From positions 96,001 to 160,000 of the forward strand of contig JAZQOV010000002.1 of assembly GCA_045628045.1 (NCBI GenBank): a stretch of DNA of 64,000 nt, read 5' to 3'. Made by a program: the position numbers and the translations under genes. The notes under the pieces were generated by a model. That model worked only from the letters and a program-made list of their open reading frames with translations, searched no databases and was not told the origin of the DNA. Source of the DNA: Bacilli bacterium (GTDB taxonomy: Bacteria; Bacillota_I; Bacilli_A; RFN20; CAG-826). Shown one piece after another: positions 39,290-47,982 of this stretch. Within the stretch, counting starts at the first letter, position 1. Every line of letters starts with the position of its first letter.

Positions 39290-39481
39290 ATATTAGGAAC
39301 CTTATGGTTCCTTTTATTTTAATTATTAGATATTATTTCCTTTAGTGTTCAATTATATTTAATATAAATATAAGATAAGGTAAATAAGAATTAATAGGTA
39401 GCAATTATTGCTACATTTTTAATCTTTTTTGCAATTAATAAATGTGAGCGTAGTTTACTAGTGAACAGATTTGCAAAAGAG
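39290..39481 (+). repeat. Repeat F copy 2 plus module C
   Basis: AGGAACC-TTAT-GGTTCCT-TTTATTTT then the F body; C at 39424-39481. Confidence 0.88.
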
Positions 39482-39575
39482 CCGGCGGTGGTAGCCTTAT
39501 ATATCGTTTTCAATATATTGAAATGAGGTACACGATAAAAATATGCCGAAATTAATTTATAAGTTTTTCTCTTAG

Positions 39576-39765
39576 AGAATATAAGAAGAGTCATATCGTG
39601 AACTAGCACCCGAGACTAGAAAGATAGCTAATACATATCAATCTACTAATGATGCAGTCAAACGAGTTATTAACTTAGTACTATTGAATAAAGACTCAAT
39701 CAATTGATAATGATAACAGCCGATTAAGCACTAATAAAATTTGAAAATGGATGCAAGTGTTGTTT
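39576..39765 (+). pseudogene. Remnant of XRE regulator 3' half plus decayed repeat A
   Basis: Translates I*EESYRELAPETRKIANTYQ...LVLLNK versus IQEESYRELSPETRKIANAYQ...LVLTNK of 31599-31931. Confidence 0.88.
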
Positions 39766-39920
39766 GAACAAACGAAATTTATTAACATAAAGTGATAATT
39801 ACAGGGAATTTCCTTTATAAGGAGGAGTGTTTCAAATTTTAGTCCTTTTTCAATTTTGTGAAAAAAACTTGCACAAAAATGAATAATCGTGTAATCTTTA
39901 GATAATATCGAGGTAAACAC

Positions 39921-41180
39921 ATGATTGGTTCGTTAACATTTAATAACTTTCGTTTCTTTGAACAGTTTCAAACAATGTCGTTTTTTGCTGATTTAAGAAC
40001 TAGAAAGTTGGTCTCCAATTCTCTTAAAATTTCAAATAAGAATGTTTTAAAAACAACAGCAATTTACGGTTCTAATAATTCTGGCAAATCTAATGTTGTT
40101 GATCTTTTTTATAGATTAAAAATGGTGTTAGAAGGAAAAGATGTTGATTTTAACACAAAAGCGTTAGGCGATAGTGAAACCGTTGAATTAAGCATTACTT
40201 TCAATAATAATGACGGGGATGGTTGGTTTTGTTATTCGTTTAGTTTTAATCATGAAAAAAGATCCTTTCTTAAAGAAAAATTCTCATCTATTTCTTATTA
40301 TGATGAAGGCGCCCCCTTTGAAAAAGTAATTTTTGAGAAGGATGTTGAATCTTTAAGATTAATGATTCTTGGTGAGGAAAAATCTGAATTATTAAATGTT
40401 ATTACATCAAATAAACCTTTGCTGTATACTTTAAATTTAGAAAAAGGAAATTTTTCTGAATTATCAATTTTTTTAGAAAAAATTAAAAAATTATCTGACT
40501 CCATCATTGTTTTAAGGATGTTTAATATTCCTATTCAAAATACAATCAATGCTCTAAAAGGTTCTGACAATAACAAAAAGAACTTTATTAAAGAATTCGT
40601 TAAAAATGCTGATTTAACAATCGATGATTTTGATTATACTCAAAAACAACTTGTAAATTTTGAAAAACCAAAAACGGTAAACGAAGACGCTTTAAAAGAA
40701 ATTGCACAACTTGAGGAAGCGTTACATTTAGGAACAAAGTATAAAAATAAATTTGTTCCTTCTATTTTGTTCGATTCTTCGGGAACAAAGAAGATTCAAG
40801 CAATTGCGTCTTTTATCTATGATTCTATTTTTGAAGGAAAAACTCTTATTATTGATGAATTAGATAATGGTCTTCATTATAAACTTAGCAGAGCAGTTGT
40901 AAGTGCATTTAACAATTTAGCAAATAAATCTGGACAATTGATTTTTACAGCACATGATTTACTTTTAATCAGCAATAATAATTTGATGAGAAAAGACCAA
41001 ATTTATTTTGTTTCTAGAGAAAATTTGAATTCTAGATTGGTTTGGCTTAGAGATTTAACCGTGGCATCCGGCGGGCCAAGAGATATGGAAGTATTAGTTA
41101 AACGTTATAACCATGGTGATTTTGTTCGTACTCCTTCCCCGTCTTTTATTGATAATATTTTCGATATTAAAGCTAGGTAA
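39921..41180 (+). CDS. RloA-like AAA_21 ABC ATPase
   Basis: IYGSNNSGKSN, SSGTKK, LIIDELDNGLH, QLIFTAHD, MRKDQIYFV. Confidence 0.85.
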   Translation: MIGSLTFNNFRFFEQFQTMSFFADLRTRKLVSNSLKISNKNVLKTTAIYGSNNSGKSNVVDLFYRLKMVLEGKDVDFNTKALGDSETVELSITFNNNDGDGWFCYSFSFNHEKRSFLKEKFSSISYYDEGAPFEKVIFEKDVESLRLMILGEEKSELLNVITSNKPLLYTLNLEKGNFSELSIFLEKIKKLSDSIIVLRMFNIPIQNTINALKGSDNNKKNFIKEFVKNADLTIDDFDYTQKQLVNFEKPKTVNEDALKEIAQLEEALHLGTKYKNKFVPSILFDSSGTKKIQAIASFIYDSIFEGKTLIIDELDNGLHYKLSRAVVSAFNNLANKSGQLIFTAHDLLLISNNNLMRKDQIYFVSRENLNSRLVWLRDLTVASGGPRDMEVLVKRYNHGDFVRTPSPSFIDNIFDIKAR

Positions 41181-41185
41181 TTAAA

Positions 41186-41884
41186 ATGGAAGAAAAGTAC
41201 TGTGTTCATTTAATAGTTGAAGGATTTGAAGAAGAAAAGTTTTTCGAAGTTGTTCGAGCTTTTGGAGTAAATGAAAATATTAAATTAACAGTACAAAATG
41301 CCGATGGAGCACATAAGATTGGCGGAAAATATCAGGACGCAATTTCTAATGATGAGTATGATATTGTGCTTTGTGTTTATGATGTCGATTATAAATATAG
41401 TATAAAAGATTCAGCATTTAATTACGTAATGAATGAACTTGTTGAGATTACTGGTTGTAGCTTAGATGCTATGAAGATTAGTTATTGTAATAACCCAAAT
41501 ATTTTAATTTGGTTTTTAGTAGGGACTGAAAAGGTTTCCGACATGGAATTTGTATACGCTTCAAAACCAAAAAACACAAAAGCATTGCATAACCATTGGG
41601 AAGAAATTGGAAAAGGCATAGAAAAGGACACAACTTATAAGACCTATGAAGCTCGTGATTATCAATTAAATATTATGAGAGATTCATATTTATATGGTCA
41701 TTATAGTTATGACAAAATTTTAAGTAATGGAGTAGAATTTGATACCGATTTAAAAAGTAGCTCTATGTCTTCAACAATGTATAAATTATTAGAAGCACTA
41801 AAAATTGGTGATAAGAAATATTTTGAAAGTTTAAAGGAGAAAAATAATGACAAACCTAACACTTCAAGAAAAAGAAAAAATTAA
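41186..41884 (+). CDS. RloB-like TOPRIM-fold partner
   Basis: VEG.EE..F, CVYDVD, NNP...WFL; downstream of the RloA-like ATPase. Confidence 0.7.
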   Translation: MEEKYCVHLIVEGFEEEKFFEVVRAFGVNENIKLTVQNADGAHKIGGKYQDAISNDEYDIVLCVYDVDYKYSIKDSAFNYVMNELVEITGCSLDAMKISYCNNPNILIWFLVGTEKVSDMEFVYASKPKNTKALHNHWEEIGKGIEKDTTYKTYEARDYQLNIMRDSYLYGHYSYDKILSNGVEFDTDLKSSSMSSTMYKLLEALKIGDKKYFESLKEKNNDKPNTSRKRKN

Positions 41885-42062
41885 AAGTATCTTAAATTAT
41901 GGTTTAAATTTAAATCCCAATCTTAATTTCGCTTACTTTCTTAATGCGATTAAACAAACAAACGACACCGTTTCAGGATTGGATTCAAAATTAAACACGA
42001 TTATTTATAATCAAAAGATTATTGATCAAAAATTAGATAGAATTATTAATTCAATTAAGTAA
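41847..42062 (+). CDS. Small hypothetical coiled-coil protein
   Basis: AAAGGAG RBS, 71 aa, heptad-like C-terminus. Confidence 0.55.
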   Translation: MTNLTLQEKEKIKSILNYGLNLNPNLNFAYFLNAIKQTNDTVSGLDSKLNTIIYNQKIIDQKLDRIINSIK

Positions 42063-42149
42063 TGAATTTATTGTAGAGTGTGTGAACGGGCGGCTAAGCT
42101 CATTGTTTCTTTTTAACCAATTGAAAATAAAGATAGAAATGGTTAGTTT

Positions 42150-42248
42150 ATGAATTTTTTTAATTTGTTTCCAGTCGGTTAAGACTTGTTTTATGCCGGT
42201 TTATTAAGCAACAGCAATTATTCATTTGTTTATGATTGCGGATTATAA
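42150..42248 (+). pseudogene. N-terminal remnant of an MBL-fold hydrolase
   Basis: MNFFNLFPVG*DLFYAG...FVYDCG matches the PVGQGLF...VYDCG start of MBL-fold proteins. Confidence 0.55.
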
Positions 42249-42282
42249 AATCAAATTTAATTAACACGCAAGTATATCTTTT

Positions 42283-42562
42283 TATTAGGAACCTTAGGTT
42301 CCTTTTATTTTAATTTTTAGATATTATTTCCTTTAATGGTTAATTATATTTGATATAAATATTGGTAGAGCCTGCCACTTAAATACGCAGGACTCAAGCA
42401 CCTTCTTTGTATGTTGCTTTTTTTCTCTTTCGCAATCCATATAAGCGAACGTACTGAAGTAGTGAACTTCATTTGCAAAAGAGTTGGTAATTAATGCTAT
42501 TTCATTACGCATTTATGAAGTGGCTATCTAGGCGAGATACACCATATTGGTGAAGTCTATTT
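42283..42562 (+). repeat. Repeat F copy 3 with modules C, D and partial E
   Basis: Colinear with copy 1 at 37669-37880. Confidence 0.9.
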
Positions 42563-42797
42563 TCTCGCATACATAGTGTGCCAAACAAAGATTCCATTGA
42601 TTTTTGTTGGATTAAAAATTAACTATTAAAAAAGGCGCAATACAATGCGCCATTGATTTCAAAACATAATTAACCTAATAATATAGCTTCGAAACCCTTC
42701 TAATTGTCTATATTATATACAACAATCATAAAAAGAGTCAAATTTTTTATTAAACATTTTTATATTTATTAAATATTTTAGTAGTAAAAGGGGTGGG

Positions 42798-44819
42798 TTA
42801 TTCATTTTCGTTTGAATTTGAAAAGTAGTGTTTTTTATCTTTTTTTACAAAAACCGATTTGATTCCAAGTAATTTTACTAAATTAGCATTTTTAAATCTT
42901 GTTGAAGGCGTTCTTAACCAATAATATAGCATTACTAATAATACATTTATTAAAACAATCGAACCAACAAACCAGAATTTTGGAGTAGTAATTGCATCGA
43001 ACATTAAGCCGCCAATAGACATAGGCGGTTTATTAAAGTAAGTGATATCGTTAACTTTATAGCCATCAATAAATATTTTAGATATCATTCCAAACCCAAA
43101 CATTGTTACTGCTAAACTAGCAACTGTGAAAGATATGTTTACCCAATGGTAAAATCTATCGTTTGATATGTTTGTTTCACGCCACGAAAATTTGTTTTGA
43201 TTTTCTAAATCTTCAACAATAGTATCAATGTTTAATTTTTTGAAGACGGTTTTAGAGAGATCAAAATTATTTTTGAAACCATAATAGATTATAGAATACT
43301 TTCTTTCAATTTCGGAAAATAAATACGAAATTATTTTATTCTTTTTTCTAATGCCGCCATATTTTCTATTATATTCAGAAGACAATATTTTAATGTAGGC
43401 TAGTAAAGAAGCATAACTACAGCATTGACAAATGTATTCATAATCCCACAAAACATAGTAGCGAAATTTGTGTGATGCCGGTTCAATAAGCTTCATTCGC
43501 GTGTTAACATCAGTTTGAATATTAAGAGCCTGTTCAGCTAGATTGATTACAGTGTATGTGAATTGACCATCTTCATAAAATAGATGTTGTGTGTTTTGGT
43601 TAATCAAATCAAAATTTTTGATATTAGCCTTTCTTCCTTTAAATAAAGTATATGGGTCATAGTTATGATGATTACCTACGAGTAAACTTAAATAGTTAAA
43701 GAAAGTAGTTCCTAATTTTTTCTTTTTGTGAGCTTCTAAAATATAGAAATTTAAATATAAACATTTCCATACTTTAATTTGTTTATTATAATTTTCAATT
43801 AAGTTTAGAATTTGAGTGTCTTTTGCATCAAGCTTTGGGCATAATTCAAATGAATTAAAAGGCTCATGATTGTTTTTGTTGTCAGATTTTTTATCAAAAA
43901 TATTTTTATAAATGATTACCTTTCCATTAAAATTTAAGAATGAATTTAAATCAATAACAGAGAATATTTTTGGCAATTTGTTCATATAAGAATTAATGTT
44001 ATCGGCAGTTTTAACCGCTAAAGGAACATAGTTTAAAATGTTCTTTTTTATATCCAACTTAAATAAGCATGAATCATTTTGTTGGTTATTATTTTGTTTC
44101 CCAGATTGGATTTTTTTGCTCGACACAACAGAAAAATTTAAAAGACCATCGCAAGAAACAAGAATTAATGCTTTTGCATCATTCGCCAAACAATCGCTCA
44201 AATCGCAAACCGAATCCATACTCTTTGCTTCTTTTATAATTTTTTCCAATTGCAACGCTAGTTTATTGTTTGTTTTTTCATTATTATCATTTCTGATTCT
44301 TTGCCAATACTTAATCCTATTTCTAATGTTCTTATTAAACTTTTTTATTTTATTAACATTAGAACAATTTGCATTATAAATCTTTTTTAGCTTATCAATA
44401 CCATCAACAACCCTTAAATACTTCTTATTACATTCAGAATATGTAAAATCTGATTTAAAATAGTCGAAATATTCGAAAATCAATTTATATTTTTCTTTTA
44501 AGAAATCGTCCCTTTTCTTTTTGTCAGATTCCTTTTTGCACATATTATCAATACTGTATTCAAACAATACAAAATCATTTTTAGCCAATTCTTTAATGCT
44601 ATAGTTATCGCCTTTACTATATCTGAGAACTTGTTTTCCGGAAGCTATTTCGTCATCAAAATATTTGGTAATAAACTCATTAATAAGCAAGTTATTTTTA
44701 GACCCTAATGGACCAGCATTTTCCATACACTTAGCTAAAATTTCCTCATACTTACAAGTATAAATAAATGTTTTAGTGCAAAAATATATTGGTTCTATTT
44801 TTAATTTTACATACGCCAT
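42798..44819 (-). CDS. Large hypothetical protein with CorA-like C-terminal 2-TM segment
   Basis: Helical stalk, then TM1 ending TMFGFGMI (GMN-like) and TM2; very AT-rich. Confidence 0.5.
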   Translation of the reverse strand: MAYVKLKIEPIYFCTKTFIYTCKYEEILAKCMENAGPLGSKNNLLINEFITKYFDDEIASGKQVLRYSKGDNYSIKELAKNDFVLFEYSIDNMCKKESDKKKRDDFLKEKYKLIFEYFDYFKSDFTYSECNKKYLRVVDGIDKLKKIYNANCSNVNKIKKFNKNIRNRIKYWQRIRNDNNEKTNNKLALQLEKIIKEAKSMDSVCDLSDCLANDAKALILVSCDGLLNFSVVSSKKIQSGKQNNNQQNDSCLFKLDIKKNILNYVPLAVKTADNINSYMNKLPKIFSVIDLNSFLNFNGKVIIYKNIFDKKSDNKNNHEPFNSFELCPKLDAKDTQILNLIENYNKQIKVWKCLYLNFYILEAHKKKKLGTTFFNYLSLLVGNHHNYDPYTLFKGRKANIKNFDLINQNTQHLFYEDGQFTYTVINLAEQALNIQTDVNTRMKLIEPASHKFRYYVLWDYEYICQCCSYASLLAYIKILSSEYNRKYGGIRKKNKIISYLFSEIERKYSIIYYGFKNNFDLSKTVFKKLNIDTIVEDLENQNKFSWRETNISNDRFYHWVNISFTVASLAVTMFGFGMISKIFIDGYKVNDITYFNKPPMSIGGLMFDAITTPKFWFVGSIVLINVLLVMLYYWLRTPSTRFKNANLVKLLGIKSVFVKKDKKHYFSNSNENE

Positions 44820-44832
44820 AAATATAACACCC

Positions 44833-45453
44833 TTATAAAATTTCTATTTTAATATTATCATTACCAATTTCACTAGTAAGATCGTAATGGTTAATAGTGT
44901 CATAAAATAAACCAAATTTCAAACTTTTACTATTAGATAACAATGTGTAATCATCTTTATTTATTTTTACTTTGCGATTTACATTATTTTCATCGTCCAA
45001 AAAATTGAAATAGTAATCAGTCCCATCTGTTGAAAAATAATTTAAATTTTTTAAATTATTACATTCGAACTCAATATAATGCGTCTTTCTAAAAGGATTA
45101 ATGAATTTAATTGAATCAAATATACATAAAATGGAACTCTTTAGTTTTTCTTCAATAACATGATAGTCAGTAATTTCCATTGTTACATTGAATTGCATAT
45201 CATGAATCATGCTTTCTGTGTAAAAAGATAACTTATCTGAATCCTTTTCTCCGCAGGAATCTGGAATATTAATTTTAAGATTTTTTGAATTCTTTTCATT
45301 TGGGTTTGGAGCATAAAAATAATTATCACCGTATTTAAAAAGTATATCTGAATAACTAAAATTAAAATGTTCTTTAATGTGTGTTTTTGTGTTATCGTGA
45401 CAGTTGTTAACTAAAGTAGATGTAAAGATTATGAACCAAGTTTTAAATTTCAT
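44833..45453 (-). CDS. Hypothetical protein
   Basis: AT-rich ORF just upstream of the CorA-like gene; start uncertain. Confidence 0.5.
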   Translation of the reverse strand: MKFKTWFIIFTSTLVNNCHDNTKTHIKEHFNFSYSDILFKYGDNYFYAPNPNEKNSKNLKINIPDSCGEKDSDKLSFYTESMIHDMQFNVTMEITDYHVIEEKLKSSILCIFDSIKFINPFRKTHYIEFECNNLKNLNYFSTDGTDYYFNFLDDENNVNRKVKINKDDYTLLSNSKSLKFGLFYDTINHYDLTSEIGNDNIKIEIL

Positions 45454-45792
45454 ACATTCTAATATACTTATTAACAATTACTTTGTAAACAATATTTCTT
45501 TTATTAATTAAAAAAATTCTAATTTCCAAGAATCTTTCCGTTGATCCTATTTATGCGTGTTAATTTTTGTGAATGAAGTACACTTACGTTTGTTAAGTTG
45601 CTTATGACGGGCAAATCTAAACCTACATTCGAGATATCGCACAAGAATTCAAACATCGCTTTTGCAATAGACACTACATATTATTAAACCGTTATTAATA
45701 AATAATATTACTTATAATAATATTTATGTATAGAATAGAGACACTATAAAGAAATATAAGATTAGTTACACAACTGGAGTATATGACTTATT

Positions 45793-46026
45793 ATATTAGG
45801 AACCTTAAGGTTCCTTTTATTTTAATTATTGGATATTATTTCCTTTAGTGGTTAATTATATTTGATATAAATATTGGTTGAGCCTGCTATTAAAATACAC
45901 AGAACTCAAGTGGCTAATTGATACGCCACTATGTGAAGTCGATTAGTTTATACGACTTCACTTTTTATTCTCTTTTGCATGTTTATAAGTGAACGTACTT
46001 AGTAGTGAACTTCATTTGCAGAAGAG
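45793..46026 (+). repeat. Repeat F copy 4 with modules D, E, C
   Basis: AGGAACCTTAAGGTTCCT, F body, GTGGC/GCCAC, GTGAAGTC/GACTTCAC, C hairpin. Confidence 0.9.
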
Positions 46027-46137
46027 CCGATGCTGATAGTTATTTTGAGATTATTTTTGCAGGAGAAACTTATGGTGATTTATGGTAAAATTTTTAGTAT
46101 AATTTAAATATAATATTTAATTTAATAGGAGAAATGT

Positions 46138-47190
46138 ATGGACAAAAGACTCGAAAATGTAAACCTTATCAAAATAATACTAATGGTACTAATCGTAATT
46201 TCCCATTCTATTATTTTTCTAAATGGTTCTTGGTATCCATATGGAACTATTGAAAAAGTAAATGTTATTTCTTATGTTGTTGATTGGCTAGGATCATTTC
46301 ATATCTTTGCTTTTACTTTAGTTTCAGGCTATATTTTTTACTACCAAAAATATGAGATTTCTGCATATCCAAAATACTCATCATTCATTCTGAAAAAAGT
46401 TAAAAGACTAATTGTACCGTTTTTATTCTTATCACTATTTTGGGTAATTCCAGTTAACTGGATAATTGGCGGTTTCAATTTAGAAAGATTTGCTAAAATT
46501 TTAATTGGAGTTAGATCCGAACAGCTTTGGTTTTTACTAATGCTTTTCTTTGTTTTTGCATTATGTTACCCATTATCTAATTTTTTTAAGAAAAGAGGGT
46601 TATTAGGAGCTTTTGTTTCATTAGCATGTTATGGTGTTGGATTTATTGGAGCATATTTTTTACCGGACGTTCTACAAATTTTTACTGCTTTAAAATTTAT
46701 ACCATTTTTCTTTCTTGGCTTTAAAATGAGACAAGGTTGGGATAAATATATTTCTAAAATCCCCTTTTACATTTACATAATTATTGATGTTCTTATTTTT
46801 GGAGCATTGATATTTATACAAGCAAGAGACGGAATGGTTTTTAAACTATTGTCTGTAGCTGTTGGTTTTATCTTAAATGTTATTGGCTCTATTATGGTTT
46901 GGACAACGTTGCAAACAATTGGCAACCGTTACGAATGGAAAAATTCAAAATTGCTCTCATTTCTTAGCGACAAAACTTTTATTTTATATTTGCTACATCA
47001 TCAAATTATTTATCTTGTAATATATTTATTCTTAGGAAAAATTAATATTTATTTAATTTTGATTTTGAATCTTGTGATATCTTTTGGATTATCCACATTA
47101 TTGTCAATATTAATTTTAAAATTTAATTGGCTCAGATTTTTATTTGGAGAAAAATCAAAAAAACGCTTGTTTAAAAATGTTCATAATTAG
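46138..47190 (+). CDS. Acyltransferase-3 family O-acyltransferase
   Basis: K...LIVISH, F..VSGY, KKVKRLIVP, LWFL, YLLH; about 10 TM. Confidence 0.88.
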   Translation: MDKRLENVNLIKIILMVLIVISHSIIFLNGSWYPYGTIEKVNVISYVVDWLGSFHIFAFTLVSGYIFYYQKYEISAYPKYSSFILKKVKRLIVPFLFLSLFWVIPVNWIIGGFNLERFAKILIGVRSEQLWFLLMLFFVFALCYPLSNFFKKRGLLGAFVSLACYGVGFIGAYFLPDVLQIFTALKFIPFFFLGFKMRQGWDKYISKIPFYIYIIIDVLIFGALIFIQARDGMVFKLLSVAVGFILNVIGSIMVWTTLQTIGNRYEWKNSKLLSFLSDKTFILYLLHHQIIYLVIYLFLGKINIYLILILNLVISFGLSTLLSILILKFNWLRFLFGEKSKKRLFKNVHN

Positions 47191-47209
47191 GAATCAAATT
47201 TAGGAATTT

Positions 47210-47935
47210 ATGAATCAAAATGAAATAGGCAAGTTAATAGCTAAAAAACGTATAGAAAGAGGATTAACCCAGAAACAATTAGCAGAGTGCCTTTTTGTCA
47301 CAGATAAAGCAGTTTCTAAATGGGAAAGAGGCATTTCAATGCCTGATCTAAATTCGATAGCAAAATTAGCCTCTCTTATTGATATTGATGCTGAAGCTTT
47401 TATACCCGTATCATTAAAACCTGAAGAATGGGTTGGAATTATTTGTGTTAACGAAAAAGACGACATTTTTAAAAGAAACCTTTGTGGGCAAACAGTATTT
47501 GAGTATTTGGTTAGTTATTTTTTGCTTTTTGGTATTAAGCACGTCTTTATTAAATGTTCCGATGAAGAATTTATAGAAAACTTGAATTTGACTAAATATG
47601 GTTTTGTAATTCATTTAAATGAATCCATTTTAAATAAAAAGAGTATTTGCATAAGCGATAATCTTTTATTGATTGGCGCAAATCTAACAAGAAAATTTCA
47701 AAACTTTATGGCGTTAGAGACAAACGTTGATATCATTTTTAATGATAGAAAAATTCCAATTTCACTAGAGGGTTTTGATAAGAAAAGTCAAAAATTTCTT
47801 GGCAACGGTTATATTTGTAGGGTCATAAATTCCAAAAATTTTGATGAAATTTCTAATTTTGTCGAATTTTTTAACAAAGACAGCAACTTTAAATTAAACA
47901 ATTTATTACAAATTAAGATAAATAGAGAAAAGTAA
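47210..47935 (+). CDS. XRE-HTH fused to degenerate RmlA-like nucleotidyltransferase domain
   Basis: TQKQLA..LFVTDKAVSKWERG; remainder aligns by eye to RmlA but lacks GxGTRL. Confidence 0.7.
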   Translation: MNQNEIGKLIAKKRIERGLTQKQLAECLFVTDKAVSKWERGISMPDLNSIAKLASLIDIDAEAFIPVSLKPEEWVGIICVNEKDDIFKRNLCGQTVFEYLVSYFLLFGIKHVFIKCSDEEFIENLNLTKYGFVIHLNESILNKKSICISDNLLLIGANLTRKFQNFMALETNVDIIFNDRKIPISLEGFDKKSQKFLGNGYICRVINSKNFDEISNFVEFFNKDSNFKLNNLLQIKINREK

Positions 47936-47982
47936 ACTTTTAGTAGATTTTTATAGTAAATCTATGTTTATATAATATAATC

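Noticed and set aside
39391-39920. Minus-strand ORFs of 72 and 74 aa
   Set aside because: They run across repeat modules and the XRE remnant, with no RBS or recognisable motif
45480-45780. Possible gene remnant (reads VAYDGQI*TYIRDIAQEFKHRF)
   Set aside because: Too short and interrupted to assign to any family
27622-46026. Classical integron with attC sites
   Set aside because: No RYYYAAC...GTTRRRY ends recognised and no IntI in the window; kept only as an analogy
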